Shown here one piece after another: positions 6,650-14,357 of a DNA stretch of 14,357 nt (position 1 is its first letter; each line of letters opens with the position of its first letter). Under the pieces are notes generated by a model. The model ran no database searches. It saw only the letters and a list, made by a program, of their open reading frames with translations, and was not told the origin of the DNA. Made by a program: the position numbers and the translations under genes. The DNA comes from Promethearchaeota archaeon (GTDB lineage Archaea; Asgardarchaeota; Lokiarchaeia; Sigyniarchaeales; SOKP01), in NCBI GenBank assembly GCA_019894975.1, contig JAGXNO010000069.1, forward strand, positions 1 to 14,357. Direction: 5' to 3'.

Positions 6650-8146
6650 ATGCTAAAATTACACGATTTAGGACAGCCAATAGAATTCTGGGATTATTTT
6701 GAGCAAATTTCAAAAATTCCACGTTGCTCTCAACATGAAGAAAAAATTAGAAATTTTATCCAAGGAGAAGGTAAAAAATTGGGATTTAAGACTAAAGTGG
6801 ATGAAATTGGTAATCTCGCAATAAGTATTCCCGCAAAATCCGTTGAAAAAGAAAAATTAATTTTACAATGTCATATGGATATGGTCTGCGAGAAGAATAA
6901 TGATGTAGTTCACGATTTCTCAAATGATCCGTTGAAATTAAAGATTATTGAGATTGAAAATAAAAAATGGCTAACTGCTGAAGGTACTACCCTAGGAGCT
7001 GATAATGGTACAGGAATATGTTTCAATCTTTCACTCATGAAAAAAATTCATGATGGTTCAATGAAATTTGATTCATTAAGCTTGGAATTATTATTTACTG
7101 TACTTGAAGAATTTAACCTAGGTGGTGCTAAAAATATCGATAAATCTTTAGTGAACGGAGATATGCTTATCAATCTCGACTCTGGGGGAGAGGGTAGAAT
7201 TACAAATGGTTGCACAGGTGGTATTGGGTTTATTGCTGATATTAAAACTAAACCTGTTTCTGTTGAGACACTAGAGGGCAATTTTATACCCCATCAGTTA
7301 ACTTTGAGTGGTTTAATTGGGGGACATTCTGGCGGAGATATTACGAGAGGTAGAGGAAATGCCAATAAACTCTTATGTCATATCCTTTGGAAGTTACATC
7401 AAAATTACTCGATTTATATTAACTCTATTAATGGAGGAAATGCTGCTAATGCCATTACGCGAGAAGCTTATTCGATACTTTTTTTAAAAGAAGGAGAGTT
7501 TTCAGAAATTAGATCTTACATTAATAGCCTCTTTATTGAATTAAAGAAAAATTATGAGGGAATTGAGGAAAATATGCGGTTTTCGATAGAAGAAGTTGAT
7601 ACAGGAGATATTGATACTGTTTTTTCTAAAGATATTCAAGGAACATTACTAGATCTTTTATATATAATTCCTAGTGGTCCTCTATCAACTCATCCAAAGA
7701 TCAGAGTGTTTGCCTTAGCATCAACCAATATAGGAATAATAAAAACGGAAAAAGATTACATTAGGATAAGGATGCTTCATCGAAGCTTTAGCAAATACTA
7801 CAATGAAAATACGTGTGAGCAAATTATTACCTTATTACAAATGTCTGGGCTTGATATGGAGAGGAAAATAACTGGAGGATATCCTCCTTGGGAACCAAAG
7901 TTTGATTCTAAACTTCTAAAAGTGGCAAAGAAAACTTATATGAAGTTATTCAAGCAAGAAGCTTCAATAATAATGATACAAGGGGGTTTAGAGCCAACAT
8001 TTTTAATAAATTTAAATCCAAAGATGGAAGCAATAGCAATTGGACCGACTGCTTCAAACGTTCATTCCCCTAATGAACGGTTATATGTAGATTCTGTTGA
8101 AAACACTTGGAAATTTCTTACTAATATCCTAAAAAAGTTAGACTAA
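6650..8146 (+). CDS. pepD: Aminoacyl-histidine (beta-Ala-His) dipeptidase, peptidase M20C
   Basis: IPRCS, QCHMDMVCEK, GTTLGADNG, EE, NLDS, GGHSG, RGNANK, YPPWEP, HSPNE. Confidence 0.93.
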   Translation: MLKLHDLGQPIEFWDYFEQISKIPRCSQHEEKIRNFIQGEGKKLGFKTKVDEIGNLAISIPAKSVEKEKLILQCHMDMVCEKNNDVVHDFSNDPLKLKIIEIENKKWLTAEGTTLGADNGTGICFNLSLMKKIHDGSMKFDSLSLELLFTVLEEFNLGGAKNIDKSLVNGDMLINLDSGGEGRITNGCTGGIGFIADIKTKPVSVETLEGNFIPHQLTLSGLIGGHSGGDITRGRGNANKLLCHILWKLHQNYSIYINSINGGNAANAITREAYSILFLKEGEFSEIRSYINSLFIELKKNYEGIEENMRFSIEEVDTGDIDTVFSKDIQGTLLDLLYIIPSGPLSTHPKIRVFALASTNIGIIKTEKDYIRIRMLHRSFSKYYNENTCEQIITLLQMSGLDMERKITGGYPPWEPKFDSKLLKVAKKTYMKLFKQEASIIMIQGGLEPTFLINLNPKMEAIAIGPTASNVHSPNERLYVDSVENTWKFLTNILKKLD

Positions 8147-8158
8147 TACGTTTTATAA

Positions 8159-9568
8159 TCAGGGTTTTGAGTCCATCCACCGAGTATCAGCATTCCATTG
8201 CTCTAATAATTTTTCTAGGTCAAATCGACAGTCTTTATGTTGATTAGAGTCAGCTAAGTTATTGTATTCAAACGGATCCTCTTTCAAATCAAAAAACTTT
8301 ATCCTTTCATTAGTAAATTTACGGTTCTTCACATCGAAACTCTTCCCAAAAACATATTCTGGAGTACGGATGGCGATTTCTTGTCGAGTTGATTCAATAA
8401 ATGTGTAATTTTTTTCAAGGACTGCGATTTCTCCGTGGATGATTGGAGTAAGGCTCTGTCCTTGAACATGTTCAGGAATATCGATGCCTACTAAATCCAT
8501 AATTGTCGGTGTGATATCTACCAGCGATGCTACCTGTTGATTAGCAACCTTTCCATTAGTCATTCCTGGAACACACCATATATATGGGATCCTAGATGAT
8601 TCTTGGTTGTATCCTCCTTTTTGCCACCAACCATGGCTACCAAGATTATCCCCATGGTCTGCAGTGAAGATAACAATAGTATTTTCTTCGAGTCCAGCTT
8701 TCTTCAGATTTTCAAGAAGTTTACCGATAGTATCGTCGACCCAGCTTGTTGAACCATAATATAAAGCATACAAGTGACGTAAATCAAAACCTTCTGGAAG
8801 TTTTTCTGTATAAGGTAGACCAAGATTGTAATATTTAAAATCATATAAGTATGATTGGAAATTTAGAGGTTCATGAACCATTTCCCCATCGATAATAGCA
8901 TTCTCTCGGATCGGCATATCCTCTGGTTTATACATTCTCTTATACCGATCCGGGATATCATCATACGGAAGATGGGGTGGAGAGATATTATAAAAGAGGA
9001 AGAATGGGTTTTCGGAGTTTTTATGTGACTGAAGAAACTCACCTACTTTCTTGGCTTCATAATCCACACTGAATCCCTCTGGAACGAACTCACGACCTCC
9101 ATTTTCCGTAAAACTCTGACCAATCTGACAATGTTGGACTCTTGGTATTAGATAATAATCAAATCCAACATCATGAGGCCAAGAATGGATGTGCCACTTC
9201 CCAATGGTTGCAGTGTAGTAACCATTAGAACGTAAGATTTCTGGCAAAGTAAGATCTCTGAGATGTGGTCTTCCCCTCATTGGATAAAATGGTAAGATCC
9301 AGCGACTACCAAATGATATCAGTGAAACCTCGTTGTTGAAGTGACCACAACATCTTCGACTATATTCCCCCGATAGCATAATTGATCTCGCTGGCATACA
9401 AACAGGACTGTTAGATACAGCAGTTTCGAATCTTAAACCTTTACCTGCTAGACTGTCAATATTTGGAGTTTGGATAACCTCATTTCCATAACAATGTACT
9501 TCAAATGCTCTAAGTTGATCACAAGTACATAAAACAATATTAGGTCGTTTATTCTTTGAATCATTCAT
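8159..9568 (-). CDS. Cys-type (formylglycine-dependent) sulfatase, no signal peptide
   Basis: RPNIV..CDQLR, CMPAR (CxPxR), GKWH, PPHLP, ADHG, QKG, DLKEDPFEYNNL. Confidence 0.95.
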   Translation of the reverse strand: MNDSKNKRPNIVLCTCDQLRAFEVHCYGNEVIQTPNIDSLAGKGLRFETAVSNSPVCMPARSIMLSGEYSRRCCGHFNNEVSLISFGSRWILPFYPMRGRPHLRDLTLPEILRSNGYYTATIGKWHIHSWPHDVGFDYYLIPRVQHCQIGQSFTENGGREFVPEGFSVDYEAKKVGEFLQSHKNSENPFFLFYNISPPHLPYDDIPDRYKRMYKPEDMPIRENAIIDGEMVHEPLNFQSYLYDFKYYNLGLPYTEKLPEGFDLRHLYALYYGSTSWVDDTIGKLLENLKKAGLEENTIVIFTADHGDNLGSHGWWQKGGYNQESSRIPYIWCVPGMTNGKVANQQVASLVDITPTIMDLVGIDIPEHVQGQSLTPIIHGEIAVLEKNYTFIESTRQEIAIRTPEYVFGKSFDVKNRKFTNERIKFFDLKEDPFEYNNLADSNQHKDCRFDLEKLLEQWNADTRWMDSKP

Positions 9569-9677
9569 TTTTTCTTTCTAACAGACAAATATATATCTAT
9601 TTTAAAATGGCTTAATTTAATATCATAATAAAATCTTTACATTATTATCACCTTTTAGGGGATTAAAATTGGGAAAC

Positions 9678-10397
9678 ATGACTAAATTAGCAATTATATC
9701 AGACATTCATGCAAATAAATATGCACTTGAAAGCTTTCTTCAATACAATGAAAAGAATTTTCAAGCAGATAAAATATTAAATTTAGGGGACTTTGTAGCA
9801 ATTGGTCCTCATCCTAAAGAAGTAGTTCAAACCATTTTTAATGATAAAAGATTCGAAAACATAATTGGAAATAATGATATGATTGTATTGGGAAAACGAA
9901 AAGATGAATGGCGAAGGCCAACCCAACCTCATCATGAATGGATAGCTGATCAACTTGGAAAAGATCTACTTGAAGTTATAGAAAAAATTCCTACCTCAAA
10001 ATACATTGATGTGAACGGAAAAAAACTATTGATGCTTCACTCACATTTCTATGACACTCCTAACAGATCATTCTTGGATAACCTTTTAATATATCAAGGA
10101 AAAACTCTTGAAGAATTTATAAATGATTATCCAGAAGATGTAGATATAGTACTGGTTGGACATTCTCATTTACAATTATATATTAATTGGAAGAAGAAGA
10201 CAATTATAAATCCCGGATCAATTAGTATAACTTGGAAACCATTAGCATCCTTTTGTTTATTAGAGATTGATGATGAGAGCATAAATGTTAATTTTAAAAA
10301 TATACCTTACGATTATTCTAAATTAAAGCAAGATTATGATGATAACAAAGTTGTGGCAAGGGAATGGTTAATTAAATATTTTTATCCCTTTATTTGA
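9678..10397 (+). CDS. Calcineurin-like metallophosphoesterase (YfcE/MJ0936-like)
   Basis: SDIHAN, LGDFV, GNND, LH, GHSH, INPGS. ATG at 9678 preferred to TTG at 9669. Confidence 0.92.
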   Translation: MTKLAIISDIHANKYALESFLQYNEKNFQADKILNLGDFVAIGPHPKEVVQTIFNDKRFENIIGNNDMIVLGKRKDEWRRPTQPHHEWIADQLGKDLLEVIEKIPTSKYIDVNGKKLLMLHSHFYDTPNRSFLDNLLIYQGKTLEEFINDYPEDVDIVLVGHSHLQLYINWKKKTIINPGSISITWKPLASFCLLEIDDESINVNFKNIPYDYSKLKQDYDDNKVVAREWLIKYFYPFI

Positions 10398-10430
10398 TTA
10401 TAAAATTTAAATGAAATTTATCTCAGAATT

Positions 10431-10441
10431 AAAAAAAAAAA
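10431..10441 (-). terminator. Oligo-T (T11) archaeal-type terminator candidate
   Basis: A11 run on the + strand about 35 nt downstream of the CocE/NonD stop, between convergent genes. Confidence 0.5.
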
Positions 10442-10474
10442 TAAAATTTAAAAATGGATGTATCAACAGAATCT

Positions 10475-12511
10475 TTAAGTTTTAAATATTATCTTACGTC
10501 CAGTTGCTATTATTTTTGAACCTCTTTTAATCACGACTAAGCTTCCGAGTTCTCCTCTGCAAATATATATTTCATTCTTTCCTATCTCCCAGTGTCGAAT
10601 AATGTTCCACTTCTCCCATTGACCTTCAAAACTCAAATAAACCGCATTGTCATATATATGGAATTCAGCAGGACCTTTATATTTATCATCATGGGTTGTA
10701 ATTCTTAGATTTCCTTCAAATACATTAGTATCTTGATGTACTATAGGGAGAACTATATATGAAAAGAACTCATCATCATGAAAGATTGTGTTAAGTGCGA
10801 TTAGAATGTCTTCATCCGTTTCTGTATATAATTCACCCCCAGTATTAAGGTTGCGATCGTGTTTGGGGAAATTACTGCTGGAAATATCAACTTGAATACG
10901 GTGTCCTGCCATGAATACATGACTCATATCACCTAAATTTATTTCAAATTCATAAATCATGCCTGGTGACATTAAATCAGGATCACTCATTGATTCTCGA
11001 AATCTTGCTCTTAGAATTCCATCACCAACCAACATTGCGTTCCCATCGGGATGAACGTCTATTAGCTTAGCAGTAAAATCTGTATCAGTACAATTTGAGG
11101 AAGCACTTAGCACTACCTCGATAGGACCAGAAATCTCAAGATTATCTGTTAGCTCGTCGCTGGTATAGATAAGAATATCTTCTCTCCCCGTCTCCACTGG
11201 TCTTTGATCAAATGATCCTGCTGGTATTCCAAGGTTTCTTCCACCCCTCGTAAGTACCGGATTCGCTGGATCATAAATGAAACTTTCAGGTATTTCACTA
11301 TCAATAGATAATTCTGTATTAAGAATTCCGTCTTCATGTAAGTAATAATTAGTCCATTCGATTCCTCCCAAGGGCCACTGATCAGCCCATCGCCACTCAT
11401 CTAATCCGTGAACATAGTAGTAGACTGAGGGTTCATCCATTATTCCTGTATCTTCACCTTGTAACCAATAATCAAACCAATTATAATAGAGACTATAATA
11501 GAGATCAGATGGAAGACCTAATCCTCCATGAGTTCCAGGTGCCACATACAATTTTTGGTTTCCTTTATCTTGCAGAGCTACAAATGCATCTATTGAAGGT
11601 CTGGAAAAAAAGTCGTACCAACCTGCCACATGTATCATAGGAATATTTATTGCATCTTGAACATTGAGTTTATTTCGAAACTCATCCTGATTAGGATGAG
11701 ACATTATTTCATCACCAAATGGTTGTAACGCAGTGAAACTAGGATCTCCAGCTCTCAGAGGAAGGTTGGTCCATGTTGCTGAATCTAGGGCTGTATATCC
11801 AGGAGTTAAAGACGTATGTGTCATTAAATCGATAAGACTACCATAAAGATCTCCTAAGTAAGCAGGAATATTCCATGGATCTGGTACAGTACCAAGATGT
11901 GAACTAGATAGACCAGATAAAGTTTGAGAATATGTCCATATCAAGGAATCCTGCCTATAAGCACCTCCGTCAAAAGTTACATCATTATAAAGGTTCGCAC
12001 TTGCAACATACGATAATGCCGTAATTAAATGGGGGGGATTCTCACCGGCTGCTAAATATGTAGTAATACCTGAAGCTGAACCTCCATGAATACCAACTTT
12101 TCCGTTGCACCAAGGTTGGGATGCAACCCATTCAATTGCATCGTAACCATCAGGTCCATCATCATAAAAGAGACGATCCACACCTTCAGATGCATATCTA
12201 CCTCTTGTATCCTGGGCAACATATACGTATCCATGAAGTATATCATCTGGCCATTGAGTTAAATTTGTTGGATCCGGGGCATCTCCAGGAGCACCGATTC
12301 CGTATGGAGTTCTTGTAATTATAGCGGGGTATTTTCCAGGTCCCGGACGATAAATTCTTGTATATAAACGGACACCATCACGCATCGGTACCATTTCTTC
12401 TAAAAATATTGGTTCATCTGGATTAGCATTCACTGATGGAATTGTAATAATAAAAAATCCACAAATGACAATGAGGAGAGTAAAACTCACAATTTTAACA
12501 TTTTTTCTCAT
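10475..12511 (-). CDS. Secreted CocE/NonD family serine hydrolase (peptidase S15-like) with an extra C-terminal domain
   Basis: Signal peptide MRKNVK-hydrophobic-VNA; MRDGVRL, RTPY, QDTRGRYASEG, GGSASG nucleophile, GWYD, GTHG, PepX_C-like GHRIQVDISSSNFP. Confidence 0.93.
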   Translation of the reverse strand: MRKNVKIVSFTLLIVICGFFIITIPSVNANPDEPIFLEEMVPMRDGVRLYTRIYRPGPGKYPAIITRTPYGIGAPGDAPDPTNLTQWPDDILHGYVYVAQDTRGRYASEGVDRLFYDDGPDGYDAIEWVASQPWCNGKVGIHGGSASGITTYLAAGENPPHLITALSYVASANLYNDVTFDGGAYRQDSLIWTYSQTLSGLSSSHLGTVPDPWNIPAYLGDLYGSLIDLMTHTSLTPGYTALDSATWTNLPLRAGDPSFTALQPFGDEIMSHPNQDEFRNKLNVQDAINIPMIHVAGWYDFFSRPSIDAFVALQDKGNQKLYVAPGTHGGLGLPSDLYYSLYYNWFDYWLQGEDTGIMDEPSVYYYVHGLDEWRWADQWPLGGIEWTNYYLHEDGILNTELSIDSEIPESFIYDPANPVLTRGGRNLGIPAGSFDQRPVETGREDILIYTSDELTDNLEISGPIEVVLSASSNCTDTDFTAKLIDVHPDGNAMLVGDGILRARFRESMSDPDLMSPGMIYEFEINLGDMSHVFMAGHRIQVDISSSNFPKHDRNLNTGGELYTETDEDILIALNTIFHDDEFFSYIVLPIVHQDTNVFEGNLRITTHDDKYKGPAEFHIYDNAVYLSFEGQWEKWNIIRHWEIGKNEIYICRGELGSLVVIKRGSKIIATGRKIIFKT

Positions 12512-12539
12512 TTTTTATACACTCAATTTCTTTGGGTAT

Positions 12540-12566
12540 TTATTTCATTGCGCCCCTCCTCGGCGC
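12540..12566 (-). promoter_or_regulatory. GC-rich leader hairpin with SD in the loop, followed by a Met-Lys-stop micro-ORF
   Basis: Minus strand reads GCGCC-GAGGAGG-GGCGC-A-ATG AAA TAA, ending 28 nt upstream of the CocE/NonD start. Confidence 0.45.
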
Positions 12567-12658
12567 TCTGTTGGAAAATATATCTAAAAGATTAATAAGT
12601 TGTTTTGTAATAAAAAAATTGGATCGGTTCTAGATTATGATAACGTGATATAAAAGTT

Positions 12659-12689
12659 TTGACATTTAAATCAAAAATCTTAATGTCAA
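12659..12689. promoter_or_regulatory. Inverted repeat, possible operator
   Basis: TTGACATT-N15-AATGTCAA, about 32 nt upstream of the probable trmO start. Confidence 0.35.
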
Positions 12690-12721
12690 TAATTTTATCT
12701 ATAAAAGCCTTCTGTTATATT

Positions 12722-13228
12722 ATGGAAATATTAGACAGAGAATTAATTGATTTTAAAGATAGGAAATTTCCCTTAAAGGTGTGTTTTAAACCAATAGGCA
12801 TCATTCACACTCCATTTACAAGTTTAAAGGGTATTCCCATCCAATTTTCGCTATCAAACGCTAAGGGAACTATTGAAGTCTTTCCTGAATATATTACGGG
12901 CTTGAAAGATCTCTCTGGCTTCTCTCATCTTTACTGCATATACTTTTTTGATTTGGTAAAACAACCGGTCCCGCTTCAATCTAAACCTTTTTTAATGAAT
13001 GAAAAAAAAGGAGTCTTTGCTATTCGTACACCTTTCCGACCTAATCCAATAGGACTCTCAATACTTGAGATATTAGATATAAAAGAGAATGCAATAACTG
13101 TTAGTAATGTGGACATCCTAGATAAAACTCCTGTTTTGGATTTAAAACCATATACTTCTCAATTTGATAATGTTGAAACAACCAAAATCGGGTGGCTTAA
13201 AGATAGAATTATGGATAAGAAAAGTTGA
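12722..13228 (+). CDS. trmO: tRNA m6t6A37 methyltransferase TrmO (YaeB/TsaA/AF0241 family, SAM-binding beta-barrel), short single-domain form
   Basis: KPIGIIHTPF, GLKDLSGFSH, GVFAIRTPFRPNPIGLS, DILDKTPVLDLKPY, GW. ATG at 12722 preferred to TTG at 12659. Confidence 0.9.
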   Translation: MEILDRELIDFKDRKFPLKVCFKPIGIIHTPFTSLKGIPIQFSLSNAKGTIEVFPEYITGLKDLSGFSHLYCIYFFDLVKQPVPLQSKPFLMNEKKGVFAIRTPFRPNPIGLSILEILDIKENAITVSNVDILDKTPVLDLKPYTSQFDNVETTKIGWLKDRIMDKKS

Positions 13229-13231
13229 ATT

Positions 13232-14357
13232 TTAGCTTTCGACTTCTTGTATTAATAATTCATTCTTCTTTTTACGTACTCTTTTAGCTTGAATAGCAAT
13301 AGTTTCAAGAAGTCTTCGCTGATTTGTTGAGATCCATGGACCTTCACAATCAATTGCGGCATATGGAATATCAACCTTGTTAACTAATGGCCGTATAATA
13401 GCTTGTGAATTCATTGCCGGTTGACAATTAAACGTTCCCATGTTAACTAGACCATCGTAAATATCCTCCTCAATTGAATGTAAAAATCGACCAACGATTA
13501 TTGGTGTTTCACTAAGGCTATTTGAGGAAACATATTCACTACCTTTCTCAAAGAGATCAATAAAACCTATAAATGGGTCAAATAACAGTCCTGATTTTCT
13601 CATCTGTTTTCTGAAAGTTTTACATTGAGAATTTAAAAAGTCTAAAGCACTTCTGTTTCTTCTTGCTCTAATAACTTCTTTTTGGTCATCTTCAACCAAA
13701 TCCTCTGCTGTATATAATTTGCTATTATATTGTTCTTTTGGAGTTATATATCCCTTTTTAAACCCGTACCTTATTGAGCTTTCTGCCAATATTAAACTCA
13801 TAGTTTCCACTATATCCACAACTTTCGGAATAACTCCTTTCTCAAGAAAGAATTCTTCCACAGGATAATGATCAAACATTAGATTTAATCCACCAAAAAT
13901 TAAAACTTTTGGGGTTTCTTCAACAGTAGCTTTAAGAGGTATTTTTGATACCTCTCTTGCCCATCTGATTAAACCAGTGTTTAAGGTTTTCTTTTCTTCT
14001 TTTATATTGGTTATAAAATCACTAGTTATATCTTCAAATTTTTCCAAAGCAATTTCTTTATTTTCAGCAACACATTGCAAAGCGTTTCGAGCTTCGATTA
14101 GATATTGGCCAAGGATGAAATTAAGATTTTCCCATGCAAGTAAATCACGATTTAATCCCAGATAACCATTAGTATACTTAGGGAAAGCGCAAAAAATCAC
14201 ATTCTTTAAGTTTAATCGCTGTGAAAATATATCCCAAAGAGCTGGCCAAGCTCCATTCTGGCACGGACCGTGATTATCTATTGGTGTTCTATAAATAATA
14301 ATTTCGTCTTCACTTCTATGCTCAGAAATATCTTTTAAAACTGCACCAGCTATACCC
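13232..14357 (-). CDS. C-terminal part of a COG3581-like Fe-S reductase/dehydratase protein (possibly a multidomain activase fusion), 5'-truncated by the window edge
   Basis: The frame stays open beyond the listed start at 14200 to the window edge (GIAGAVLKDISEHRSEDEIIIYRTPIDNHGPCQNGAWPALWDIF...). GPCQNG, PKVLIFGG, GTFNCQP and IDCEG...RLLE parallel GPCRFG, RVAIFGE, PFTCMP and FDEH...RLE of 1665..2852. Confidence 0.8.
   Translation of the reverse strand, partial: GIAGAVLKDISEHRSEDEIIIYRTPIDNHGPCQNGAWPALWDIFSQRLNLKNVIFCAFPKYTNGYLGLNRDLLAWENLNFILGQYLIEARNALQCVAENKEIALEKFEDITSDFITNIKEEKKTLNTGLIRWAREVSKIPLKATVEETPKVLIFGGLNLMFDHYPVEEFFLEKGVIPKVVDIVETMSLILAESSIRYGFKKGYITPKEQYNSKLYTAEDLVEDDQKEVIRARRNRSALDFLNSQCKTFRKQMRKSGLLFDPFIGFIDLFEKGSEYVSSNSLSETPIIVGRFLHSIEEDIYDGLVNMGTFNCQPAMNSQAIIRPLVNKVDIPYAAIDCEGPWISTNQRRLLETIAIQAKRVRKKKNELLIQEVES

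Noticed and set aside
7048-7281. 77-aa minus-strand ORF
   Set aside because: Antisense shadow of pepD.
11149-12318. Short ORFs 11149..11400, 12052..12246 and 12121..12318
   Set aside because: Alternative-frame or antisense ORFs inside the intact CocE/NonD gene; no independent support.
10395-13228. TGA stops at 10395-10397 and 13226-13228 as possible selenocysteine codons
   Set aside because: Both fall at natural family C-termini, not at Cys-equivalent positions, and no meaningful read-through extension follows.
13977-14165. 62-aa plus-strand ORF
   Set aside because: Antisense to the right-edge gene.

Overview
AT-rich prokaryotic window, probably from an anaerobic archaeon. Asgard/Lokiarchaeia is my inference from GGTGA/GGAGG ribosome-binding sites, oligo-T terminators, protein style and gene content; there is no marker gene to prove it. 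The left end holds a tightly packed minus-strand four-gene operon: a COG3581-like Fe-S reductase/dehydratase subunit, an ATP-dependent [4Fe-4S] activase, a 64-aa helical protein, and a PlsC-fold acyltransferase homolog that lacks the catalytic His (absent from the ORF track, truncated by the window edge). The first two genes have the domain types of bacterial PlsA/PlsR plasmalogen synthase and Ger glycerol-ester reductase, so the operon is a candidate lipid ester-to-ether remodelling system. A second, divergent COG3581-like gene enters from the right edge. Between them are a VOC protein, a zinc-ribbon protein, an unannotated histidine-kinase remnant, a heptad-repeat charged helical protein, a TIGR04076 protein, five hydrolases (alpha/beta hydrolase, PepD, sulfatase, metallophosphoesterase, secreted CocE/NonD) and TrmO. 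I saw no RNA genes, CRISPR arrays or transposases.
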